Source: Trichoplax adhaerens (lineage: Eukaryota > Animalia > Placozoa). From it: a DNA stretch of 64,000 bases. Under the pieces are notes generated by a model that worked only from the letters and a program-made list of their open reading frames with translations, searched no databases and had not been told where the DNA came from. The translations under genes and the position numbers were made by a program. The stretch is from NCBI RefSeq assembly GCF_000150275.1, contig NW_002060950.1:1538106-1602105 (forward strand). The letters are read 5' to 3'. Position 1 is the first letter of the stretch. Every line of letters begins with the position of its first letter. Below are positions 28,747 through 41,100 of this stretch, piece by piece.

Positions 28747-31700
28747 TCATACAATCCTATTACTGCATAACGTATATCTGTCGATCGTGTCAAGCGTTAT
28801 TACTGGTTTAACGCGTTGTCGCAGCTCGGTATCCGAAGAAGTATTTACATCCTTCTTTGATGATCTATCGTATGGCGCAGATACAGAATCGTGACGTTCC
28901 GCTTTTACATTCTTGCTATCAGCCTTGCATCTACGTTCCTTTGCTTTTCTTAGGTAATGAGCAGCGTTGGCTAATATAAACCTGCTATTGACTATTTTCG
29001 TTAAAATTAGCCTGGATAAGATTGAAATAAATTAAAAATTCTGTATTTGACGTTATCCCTAAATAGTATGATCTAGCATTTGTTTCTATTTGCTTAAAAG
29101 TTTGTAATACTTACATTAAGTAAACAATGGTAGCTATAAATACTTGATATTTCCCAGTAATTGTGATCGACTGCGCCATAACACGATAGATCTTTACAAA
29201 TAGATAAAAGCTTAGCGTCAAACTTGTTTTTCGTTAATTTATGCGTATAAATAAGACCTACCAAACACCCTATAGGCAAAGGCGTCAAGCCCATCCTTCT
29301 ACAGATTAAATCTGAATGATGAGAATGAGACTATAGCCGCATAATAAAGAAATGTTGGTATTTAGATAAAGATATGACAAGGAAATCGCAGTAATATCAT
29401 AAGTTCAAGGACAAAAAAAAACGTTAAAATTCTCTTATAGCTATTGGACGTACATCTAAACGTCGGCTAACCGCCACATCTCTAGCAAGTGCTTCTCGAT
29501 AGTCCAAGTACACCTATGAAAATAATTGAGTAATGATTCAAGCGATAAAAATGGCAAATATAGCGTAGCTATGGATTATACTTGAGCTAACCTCCGCCGA
29601 AATGTTATTAAATTTCGTAATAAATGCATGTTTAACCCAGTCAACTAAAACCTCGGATACCATAACCATCAGGAAGTCAGGCACTAATTCCCAAAAATAA
29701 TCTATAAGAAATGTTAAGAAAATTTGATCACATCAAATACCAGTACATAAATTTTTTTGAGCCCGCAGCTACCTAATTTCAAATGATGTTTATGACGATG
29801 TAATAACTCACCGGTACTATACGCATATTGAGTTAAGTTTCGTAAGCAAACAATGCTAATTAAAATGAAATTTTGAAATCTTTCCCTAGCATCTGAATAA
29901 GGAGACGTGCCGTTAAATGCGCCAATTTATGCAAAACGTAAGTTTTATGGACACAAATAACAGTGCAAAAACTCTCCATATCTTCAAATCTTACCGGCAC
30001 ATGACATTTGATATAAGTTAAAGCGATCGAATCTTTTGAAAACGCTACCTTTTAATTCAACAAACTATAAAATGGAATGAGAATTTAGATTAGTCTTCCA
30101 ATATAAATGGTACTAAAAGGTTAGTCTATGTACCCGAACTCGCACGATTATCAAAATACTGACCTGATTTGATACTATAATAGTAAGTAAGGCTTTACTA
30201 TGTGAATTGACAGCTACATTCAGCGTAACCGATTGAACCAACACCAGTATAGTATGGAGAACTGGCACAAAGAGCTTACGTTAAAGAAATAACTCTAAGC
30301 AGATACAGTTGATTAAATCAAAGGCATAGAAACGATTTCGCTTCAAGAATATAAATTAAAATAATTGTGAAATAGACCACTATCCATAATAGATCAAACA
30401 ACTTTTAACTTAATTTTTATAGAAGCGCATTAGGATACAAACATATAAGACACATAAAATGAAATATTGGATGACTTGAAATTTGTTTCCTTTTCCTTTT
30501 TTAAATTGTGTAGTAGTCCAAAACAGAGTATCTAATATGTCTTGGCCAAATGAGGCGAACAACTTGTCTAAGATCTAATCAATAAATTGAAATGATAGAT
30601 TGTAAACATATTACATAACACATCACTATTTCGTATGAAATATCATAATCGTATTGCTGCCACTTCTTATAGTAATTACTATCTGATAATAGAGAACAAT
30701 AAAATGATACTCACATCTAAAATATTAAAAATGACATACAGTTTGATAACTGATTGGCCACGTATAACATGATAAATTACAGATATATCCAAATTTCGTA
30801 TAAATATGCAACAAATTAGAAAGACCAAACCTACAATAACGAGGAAATCAAAAAAAATGATGAGTTATAATTGAATCAGTAAACGAGCTGTAGCTAACAT
30901 CTACAATTGACCAGCATATACAGTATTCGATAATCTAAATTAGTTCTTCTAGTTGCTGGTATTTTTGGAAAGGCTACTACACATCCAATTATTAATTTTG
31001 TGTAGAGATGTCATAATCAATTCAAGAAATGATGATGATTATCTTTAACAATTGTACATTTACCACGTAGTACATCGCATATTTGATAGGAATAGAGGGT
31101 TAAATTCCTAATTATAAAGAATACTATATTAGTTTGTCATTAGATAGGTACGTGACATTAAAAATAACGGCTGTATTAATTAAAAGTTAAGCCTAGATTT
31201 TGTAAATGGCCAAATGAAAAACAGTCAGGTATTGTAATTTAATAACGTAGCATTCTTATTATGACATATTTTGATATCGGCATACAGCATTGTAAACCCT
31301 ACAATCATCGACTAATGGGTATACGAAGTGAACTAAATCGCCTACTAGCCATTATAAAAACAATTCCACTTCCATCAATTGTTACAAAATCGCAAAGATT
31401 TTTATTACCTGAAAAAGTACAATGCAGCCATGATAATCCGGATAGGCAATAACGTGAAAATGAACAAAAAGGAATCCAAACAGAGTAGGAAGCCAATCGC
31501 TAACGTCTGTAATAACAGAAGAGGATAGTAAAAAGTACATAAACGATAACGCTAATTTCTGCGATACTTTTTCAATACAATGTAGTACGAGTTATACGGT
31601 ATTTCGGATTGTAACAGGCAGTAATATAACATCTCGAATTTGTATTAAGACTTGATAGAATATTAGGGTACAAAGTGTAAGACTGATTGATTTACATCAT

Positions 31701-33701
31701 TGTACACTGTTGTTATGCACCATACGACTTCGAGTTTATTAATTTTAGCCCTAGAATGATAATGTCTAATCCCAAATAATGACGATAAGTCAATACTATT
31801 TAATTGAATTAACTTGATACACTACTACAATATATTGTTGATAACGAGCAATGTAGTACGTCATTTTACGGGTCTGCAGCTTTACAATATATCTAGTGTA
31901 TCACCGCAAAAGGTAAAAATTGATATTGGTATTGACGGCGTTAAGAGTTCTTATCACCTATCAATTCGTCAGGTAATCAACTATACCTACACTAGAACAT
32001 ACGGTAGTAACTTCTACAGTATACAGAGTCCATTACATCTACAAAGTCATATGCGAATAAACACTTAGGAAGCGCACGATTTTATCAATTCACTTTACAG
32101 CAAATTAATTATCGATATTTTTTAATATACACGGTTAGATTAATCACCTTTTCTAGTTCACGAGGCGTTTTCATAAATGTCTGAATCTTGAGAAGCCCAG
32201 ATGAATAGCTGTCACTATGATAATCAGGTGCAAAACCGCGCATAAATTCATGAGCCATGAACTGTGACCACGGTAGTCCTAAAATGAATATAAATAAGAT
32301 TGATGAAGGATCACAATGCAATCATTATCCATTGATGAATATCATTCAAAGTGTTTTAAATCGATACTCTTGCCCTCTTCCAGATATTATAAATCTAGTG
32401 CAGTAGCTCTTTTCACAAAGTCTCTACTCCTATCTCTAAGTTACGAGTCGATCATACAGGAAATCTCGTACGTAGTCCAGTAGATTACTTCAAAAGCATA
32501 TAGATAGTCCTACCCTACACACCATACCGATAATGGGTGATGCAGTAGGCCGTATTGTAACTATGACTCTACTGATGGCCTCTATTATACAGAAATAAGT
32601 GCTGCAAAAGACCATTATGTAAGGTATGATTTTACTTTTGTCCGACATCATATCGCCTTTACTATATTATATCGAAATTAGGTAGTACACGTAGTGAGTT
32701 ACTTTCTAAATCTGAAGGTGCTAATACTCTTATTGTAGAAAATTATTACGTCATGGTAGAAGTACTGTATGAAGATACTCTTGTCCAACAGTATTTCAAA
32801 CAAAAGTAAGTGGTTCAATGGTGGTAGATCATTTAATATACAGTAGGCTAATTTTATTCCTGTTCAATATTCTACAGGAAATACGTAGTATAGCAAGTCA
32901 GTGTATTCAATGCGTTTATAAGACGAGCTACTGTAGGTTAATATCATTACAGAAAATGCATTTTACTATATGCATAATTGTAGTTTTGAACCTCAAGACT
33001 TTTGTCATTATCTCATTACTTTGCCATCCTACCGAAGATCTACATGCACTACAGGCAGCAGCATGGTGATAATAGCCTTGCCTACAACAATCATAAATAC
33101 ATAACGCAATAGAAGATGATTGCATGAAGATCGAAGGGAATGATGTTGCAAGGCATGAGTATGTTTACGAGGCTATCAATAAAGGAGAAGTTTGATGGAT
33201 TGTGCACACGATGACAAAAATAAATCCCAACGCAGCAATCCATTAAAGCGATTATAGCATGTGAATTCCTTCTTGTATCGTCTACACACAACTTGTATTC
33301 AATCTTCTTAGTCATAGAAAGATAGGGCATTACAAAACTGTGATTTCACTTTACTCTATCTTCTAGTTTAAAACGATTCAAGAAAAAAAATCTAATGAAG
33401 GGAAAGAATGCTTGCTACCTACTTAGCAACGCATTCATTGCTAGAGCGTATCACGGCATATAAATGAGCAAACGCGATTGCATGCTTACTTTCCTACTAG
33501 GCTCTACAACTGAATGAGCACTTATGCATGGTTTAGTATGAACAGAGAAGTGCAGGCTAGTCGATTGAAATTCCTTCCTCTCTCTCTCTCTCTCTCAACA
33601 CGACAGTATCTCACAATCATTAATGACAGACCTCTTATTTCATTCAAAAGGCGTTCATTTTGATCAGCTTCCATTTCTTTGGCATCGTCTTCTTCTGCCA
33701 T
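28747..33701 (-). CDS. TAPT1: TAPT1 (transmembrane anterior-posterior transformation 1; EMP65/DUF747 family)
   Basis: PRELEK, GFLLCLDSFLFIFTLLPIR, YHVIRGQSVIKLYVIFNILD, FASFGQDILD, TLNVAVNSHSKALLTIIVSNQFVELKGSVFKRF, SEVLVDWVKHAFITKFN, MGLTPLP and C-terminal IDRYTLCSNRIV*. The ATG at 33701 (MAEEDDAKEM) and any exons between 33630 and 32280 are uncertain. Confidence 0.9.
30262..30438 (-). other. U12-type (minor) GT-AG intron in TAPT1
   Basis: Donor GTATCCTA and branch TTCTTTAAC about 17 nt before the AG. Splicing restores VLYVF/LHTILVL in frame. Confidence 0.88.
33577..33596. repeat. (CT)n microsatellite
   Basis: About 10 CT units in the presumed first TAPT1 intron. Confidence 0.85.
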
Positions 33702-33801
33702 AGCTCTTTCAACTTGAGCAACGATGAAGTAGCCAAGTCAGGAGGAGTTTCGTCGTCTACGAACGAAAGTGATAGCCCGTTGTCCTGGTTGCGTAGAGAT
33801 A

Positions 33802-33852
33802 CGTACCGTACCGTATCGTACCGTTCCGTTCCGTACCGTACCATTCCGTACT
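33802..33852. repeat. (GTACC/GTTCC)n pentamer tract at the TAPT1 5' end
   Basis: CGTACCGTACCGTATCGTACCGTTCCGTTCCGTACCGTACCATTCCGTAC, with further TACAGTA motifs out to ~34200. Confidence 0.85.
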
Positions 33853-34740
33853 GCGGTGGGACCGGTACGGTAGTCCTAATCGAAGAGAACCTCCCAAGTC
33901 CAGTTCCAGTACAGTACTAGAACTGCTATGTAGGCTAAAAATGACCAATACATCATTTCCATACGCTACCCTATATTGTACACGACTGTATACTACAGTA
34001 GAATGGCGTTCTTTGTTCGAAACGATACTCGGTAGTGACAGCTCAGTAATAAAAGTCCTCCCCCCTCTTACCCCCACTCCAGTAAAAATAGAATTGATCC
34101 TTCTTCTCCATTTTTTGGACTGGGATTATTACTTGAGAGATCGCTGGCCTATGGCACTGGTAATAACGTATAGTAAAACTATTCAGTATACAGTACTACC
34201 AAGTCAGTATTTCCTAAATATTAATAAATTCTTTCTTGACAACATGAGATCCCGTTCCATGCATGCAGTGCTACAATATACGCGTACATGTTTTATCCCA
34301 ATCAAGCTGGCTATCCATAGGACGAAATGATCCATTTGAGTCATTCAAAAGTTGAAATTCTGCTGATGATTCAACTTCAATATCGCTTTATTGTAACTTT
34401 CGAATAGCTTGTGCAATGGTAAATATCCAGTATTCTTCGTTGAGATCATGTACTGTAGGTCTAAACTTCCTAGATTTGTCTCGGTATACTGTACTGTACG
34501 CATATTATAATGTAGCATAGACTATTGTGGATGCACCATCACGAAATGGTACAATACTGTCTATCTCGTAGTCCATCACTGTAGTGAAGGATTCGTGGTA
34601 GATTTTTAGACAGGAACTATTCGTGGTCTCTGTTTTAGGTGAGCGTAGTGCAGCCTTGATAATCGATTGCATTTGCCGATGAAAGTGTTGTAATTGTGTT
34701 TGAGCATAGCCTTTCGTACATCTCATTTTGGGTTGTATAG

Positions 34741-34988
34741 ATGAACGTGACCGTATGCGAAATGACAATACGGACAGACAGTTTGCAAACTGCCCGTGTA
34801 TTTTGCAAAATGACAATACGACAAGACATTTTGTAAAATGCCCGGTCACTTTGCAAAATGTTAAGCAGTATAGTCATTTTACAAAATGCTTTAGCTTCAG
34901 TAGCGGTCATTTTGCTACAACAATTTTAAATCTTTTAATCCTAAGGGCAGTTTGCAAAATGACCGATTTCGCATACGGTCACGTTCAT
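34741..34988. mobile_element. MITE / non-autonomous DNA transposon (~248 bp)
   Basis: Perfect 23-bp inverted repeat: ATGAACGTGACCGTATGCGAAAT (34741-34763) and ATTTCGCATACGGTCACGTTCAT (34966-34988). The interior has many TTTGCAAA or CATTTT..AAAATG palindromes and no transposase. The outer AT may be a 2-bp TSD. Confidence 0.75.
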
Positions 34989-35338
34989 ATTGTCATAAAA
35001 ATGAATAAAATGATGGTAAACATCAACTTCTTGCCAAGGAGCTCATTTAAAATACCAAGTAGCTTTAGCATTAACAATAGTCATCCACTATAGCACGAAC
35101 AGACGGATCAATATGGATGGACTTACTGTTAGATCAAGTTGCCCTAGGAGTTCTTTCTTAAACACATGTATATTGTGGAACTCAAGCTAAGTACAGTGCG
35201 ATCAGAGCATTGTATGCATAAATGGAATGGGCTGTTGCTATTGTATAACAGGCTACACAGTGCAATATTACTACAGTAAACAACAGCTATTGGAGTTAGT
35301 TTAAATGGTTTGAGTAAGTAAGTTACATGCACTGTACT

Positions 35339-36321
35339 CAGACTAGTTCAGATCATTTTTTATAAACGCGTAGTATAATTTATTTTTACCAAAATGCTAC
35401 CCTACAGAGTTGTATATTTGTTGTATTGTATTAATGTACGGTAATGCGATACTGTACAGTGTACACTTCAGTATATGTGCAATGCCAGTATATCAATCTT
35501 ATTATATAATTTTAAAAAATTATAATGATATGCCAGTCAATCATAATTTACTGTACAGGTATTATATACATTTAAATCTCTGATATACTATATACATAAC
35601 AATATTGTAGTAATTTCAGCTAACAAGAGTAGTAACATCTATCAGTGATATGAAGTAAGCACTTGGTGATATGGAATAATCTATTATGCTTATTATTTAT
35701 GCTTAATAAAGTAATTGTAGATACTATGGTAAAGCGTGCTAAAATCCATAACACACGAGTCGTATACAAATCCTTATAATAGAAAATACAGTTAAGTGAA
35801 TAACCCGACAAACTTTGCACAATGGAACTATGTCATTGCTAATCCTTACGAGAACTGCATACACTGATATAATTCGAAATTCAATTTCGCCAATTTTACA
35901 TATAGATAAACCTCATACAGTAACTATTGCAATTCGTTTGAATGGTTTGAATAATTAATTTGCATGTATACAGACCAGTTCAGATTATTTTAAAGAAATA
36001 CGTAGTATAATTTACTTATACAAAGCGCTACCCCACATAATTGTATGTTGTAGTGATTCAGCTTATTGTAGTAGCAATATCTATGAGTTATAATGACATA
36101 AGCACTATGTTACATAGAATAATCTGTTATGCTTAATAAAATTGCTGTAGACGACATGATGAATCGGGTTAAAATCCATAAGATAGACAACCCTTTACAA
36201 TAAAACATACAGTTTAGTGAATAAACAGATAGGCTTTCCATGGAAATTTATGTTATCGCTAGCGCTTATGGAGGTATCATACATTGATCTAGTTAGAAAT
36301 TTAAAATCCGCCAATTTTATA
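35339..36321. repeat. Old, diverged two-copy local duplication
   Basis: 35339-35417 resembles 35971-36048 (CAGACYAGTTCAGAT..CGTAGTATAATTTA). 35677-35900 resembles 36120-36321 (TTATGCTTAATAAA..TAAAATCCATAA..AGTGAATAA..CGCCAATTTTA). Confidence 0.7.
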
Positions 36322-36399
36322 CAAAAATGTAAACTGACCGATATTTCAAACGGACTCCATCAATAAGTTATAGACAAAACCCAAAATTGACTAATATAC

Positions 36400-36745
36400 A
36401 AATGAAACATCGCTTATCCTCATAATGCTCTTATCTAAGTGATTAAGCCCATCGGGTAGAATGGTGAGTTTGCAAACATAAAAGAAAAACAATTTGTCTC
36501 CATCTGTCCAGTGATTGTTAACGCACGGGCTACTAAAGCAAGAATAAAAACACTTTTCTGGTGTACTTTTCCATCCACCGCAACATTGAGATGATTGCAT
36601 ATAATATTTTATAGCGATACAACTATCATATCCAAAAACGACCAAAAATAAGTACTTCTAGTAGTCTAATGGAATATACAGCAAACTAACCCTTAATAAC
36701 CCCATAAACTAGCAGTAGAATAGTTTTAGTAGACCATCCATTTTA
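36400..36745 (-). pseudogene. Possible decayed class-A GPCR fragment (TM3 region)
   Basis: The frame reads FYC*FMGLLRVSLLYI..LFLVVFGYDSCIAIKY with in-frame stops, resembling TM3 from the conserved Cys to a DRY-like motif. The similarity was judged by eye only. Confidence 0.25.
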
Positions 36746-38144
36746 TTATAAGTGAAAGTATCAAGAAAGCCACACCCAGCACTTGGAATCTCCTCTAGTC
36801 ATGCGCATTACCGCTTCATCGTCTCCATGCCTCCCAACGTAAACACCTTCTCCAAATTCAAATTTCCATACCATAACCACTCTAGTTGCGAAATCATCGT
36901 TAGTGCTTAGAGTAAGAAGCTATAGTTAGGCCGAACGGACAATCGATTTCGGTAGACAGACAAGAGAACTCAAAATCTTTGGACTAATACTTTGTAGTAA
37001 GGGTTAACACCATCGAACATTACTCACACATCACGATCATCGTGGGATCTTTGGATATTCTTCGTGAAATCCTTCATCAATCAAAATAGGTAGAAACACA
37101 TAAAATTGAAATATCGTTCGAATAACTTGAATATTACTACTTGAACCTATCTAGGATCTACAGAAGAGATATTGCTTACAACTATTTTATTCATTTCAAC
37201 AGCCAATAGTTGCTGGAACGCGTTGTAATACCCTTTCTAAAATTATTGGTTGATGTTAATGAACACAAATTCCAGCGTTCATTCACCTTAGACTAGTATT
37301 CCCAGGAAATTATAGGCCATGCTCAAGTGACCATGATAATTATATCGTGTAAACTAGTTCATTGAATACCATCGGTAGTGTAAATATTCCATCATTAACT
37401 TTATCAATGATATAATCAAGTTTTAGCATTTTATACTGAACGGCGAGTACCAGTATACTATCAATAATACATATCTATATGACGATGATCACAGTTGAGT
37501 ATATGAATTTTTTACTGAAAACATGATAAAGTTGCATTAATAACTTCTACATAGCATCAAATGGATAGTTTTATAATTTGCAAATCTAAAATAACATCCG
37601 ATGATATGATCATGACGGTTAATACAGCTGTAAGTAGCAATTGCTTACCGAAATAGTATCAATCGGACGCGTAATTTCATCTTTATGCTTTACAATTTAT
37701 ATTTTTATTGCTTAAACATCGAAAGGAAGAATTTATGATTTGCTATATCATATAAAGCATACTTATAAGATATTTAGTATAGTTGTGCATGCTAGTCACT
37801 AACTGGAAAGACGTTCACTACATCCTCATCCCGATACGCTTAAATTTAATATCACCGGTAATTTAAAAATTAAATGATAAAATCGGAAATTGAATTACTA
37901 TCTAGGATTGAAGTTTTATCAATTCACCATTCCTAGAAGCTACATCAAACCATATCATTTTAATCTAGAGAAATAACAACTAGCCATGAGCAGAACAAAG
38001 TTGACCTTACATGAACTTTAAAATTAGTTTGATTACTGTACTTGAACTGATAACGTGAATTACTAAACATTATAATGGATCTATCTTAACGGTACAATTT
38101 TAAGATCATCTTTAATTTCCTTCTCTTCTTATATTATATCAGCC

Positions 38145-41100
38145 ATGTCTAAAGCACAAGCTGAAAGCGTTATTAAAAATATCATTCGAGAGATTGCTCA
38201 AGAATGTGCAACCCAAGGCCAAGCCGTGTCAGAAACCTTGGTAGCTTTTATCGTAAGTTTTAATCGAAAACCTATCAACCCTGTATCATTTTGTAATTAA
38301 CTTACTTGACTGAAAATATAATTCAACTCTTAAAATTGTCTAAACAAGAAATATAATGTTTAGCCGCTAAATATATATCCTCCTGCAGTGTAAAATAACT
38401 TAAAATAGCATGAAATAGTCGTCACTGATTAGTAAAAATCTAGTTTCTCGTATTCTATGGTAATTTATGACTAAAGCTTACTATTCCACTAATTTCAATG
38501 TCAGTACCTCCTTTTCATTTATTGCTAGAGGTGATAAATGAACAATTATTAATACAATACAGGATCGATGCTCATCAAACATCGCTATATCTAAACAAAC
38601 TAAACAGATGATATTTATTTCGCATCAAAATATACTCATCACGTAGTAGTGAGCATTAATAACACTCAAATATGTAATTCTTCTCCACTCATCGCAGTTT
38701 GTCAAGATCTATACAGAACTAATTTCAAAAGCTAAAAAACACATGTATCACCAACTTCTGATACAATAAAATTAATTAACCTGATATAATTTATTTCTCA
38801 TCCTAACCTACTATTAAGGACTGGCAATTATCTTAACATTCGAGAGCTTTTTTCAAATGTTACGTCTCGATTACGATTGTAGACAGTACGGCAGATTAAC
38901 GCTAAATTTCATCAACATCATTCATGTATGCTTATAAGATCAACCAACTTAATAAAGAACTAAGTATTTTAATTATAATTAGCTAATTTTATTTAGTCTT
39001 TTTATGCAGCAAGGTTTATATAATGTTAAGATGATTTAAAGATACTCAACTCAAGGTTTATCTTGTACTAGGATGTATTACTTATGCATCCATCAACTAA
39101 TTGACAAATACGAAATCTTTTCGCGACATGTGTAATGTTATACCATACAATCGCATCGTTTCGAAATAAATTTCTAAATAAACCTAAATACCCAGCCATC
39201 TCTTGTGAATGAATACCTTTAATATAATAATAATTTAGAAAATAATTTTACTGCACTTGAACCCTACCTCATATCCTAAAGCTAGTATAATCCACCAGAA
39301 GAGAAAACAATGCTAAATTCTAATGTTACAGTAATTCCTAGATTAAACTGAAATAGACTTTGAATGAGCCATAATTTAATATGTATACCGAGCGAATTCA
39401 AGATCATAATTGTGTGCTATCTTTTCACAGACATTTTATTTAATTATCTGATATAAGACTTATGATACAAATATATACTCCTATAAACATTTCTCTGTAT
39501 ATTGATAGAAGATAGTCTTATGAACAACGATTTTGTTATTTGCTTTCAAATGGATATTTCGCAGGTAAAGGCTATTGTTCTCAATCCCGAAAACGATTTT
39601 AATGTTGATCGAGCCTTAACTAGAGATGACGTCGAAAGATTAATTCAGGTTAATTTCAATTAACAAATAATTTTGATCTCGTATATAAATGATGTGAATT
39701 TTCTACTGTCAACTCATTTGATATCGTAATCTTTTATTCAAAATTATAAAATAGAAATGCGTGGAAACTTTATTAGACAATGAATCTCCGTCGTTAGACA
39801 CCATAAAAATGCAGGTTTATTTCGATATGAATTATACAGGCAGAGGTAAATACAATTTGATTTATTGCAGACTTTAGAAAGATGATTTTATTAATGATTA
39901 CATGTTGTAAGGAAGTGATAGTAGTAGCTATTATCTGCTAGAAATCAGCTAATAGGTGTAATATCGTAATTACTGTATAAGGTCATATAGAGTAAAGAAA
40001 TCGTAATTTTGATAGCATTTTCGTTGATTTTCCATCTATATAACTTTAGCGACTACGTTTAGCGGAATGATAGTTTAATGCAATTGACCAAAAACGAAAT
40101 AAATGATTTTGTACATAATGGTAATCTAGGTAAATATCCTTGACTCATCCATCCGGGAGTACATGTATTATAAAACAATTAGTTTAGCAATTCGTAAAAG
40201 TGGGAGCTCTTATACTCGCTAAGATTAATGCTATCCTGCATCTAGTTGCTTATCCCATTCGCCTACGATTTCTATGTAGCCATTATAAAGCATGACTTGA
40301 GGATGGACCCATTATGATTGTTTACTATATTACTATTCTTATTAATCTTATATTTTCGTTTCTCTTGAATCATATTAATAAATACTAACTCAAAGCACAC
40401 ATTCAATAATTCTATTTTTGCCTAATATAATATAGAGGAGTTCTTAACAGAACACAAACGTGTACTGGATAATCGCCTAGATATAGTACTACGAGAAATA
40501 ACTGATAGTCGCGCCAGAACGAAAGAAGAGTTAGAAGGTAACATACTTTTAAAAACAAATATTTTGTTATTACCGATAGTAAGAAAGTTGTTAATAAGGC
40601 TATTAAACGGTCATATCTCAATATGCACAGGCTTAAAAACACCTTTAATGATAAAGTACCTTGTATAAATAGTATTTTATAATAAATTTCAAACTTTATT
40701 TGATGCATTAATTGCGGATATTAGTAATAGAATTACGTAGATAAAAGTAACACATCTTTCAGTTCGCAACTATGTTAGTATTATAGCAATTTTTTTACAT
40801 TATTTAAATCCTTACAGCATTTCCTCATTCAATCATTTATTTCAGCATTATACAGGAAAATGGTGTCTTTCATTATCCTAAAATCAGGCCTTGGTTCTCC
40901 AACGGATATTAATGTTGTTCGTGAAGCAACAGCAGCCTTACAAAGTATTTTTCCACAGACTGAACTCGGCCCATTCTTAGCAATGGTTAAGAAAGATAAA
41001 GAAAGACAATTACAAGAGTTGATATTAATTGTAACCGGTATTCGTTTATTTAACAAAGACTGTGGTAAAGGAGGAGAAGGAATTGACGATTGTAAGTTTC

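Noticed and set aside
34505-35093. ORFs of 91-121 aa overlapping the inverted-repeat element
   Set aside because: They have no transposase motifs and are explained by the repeat composition.
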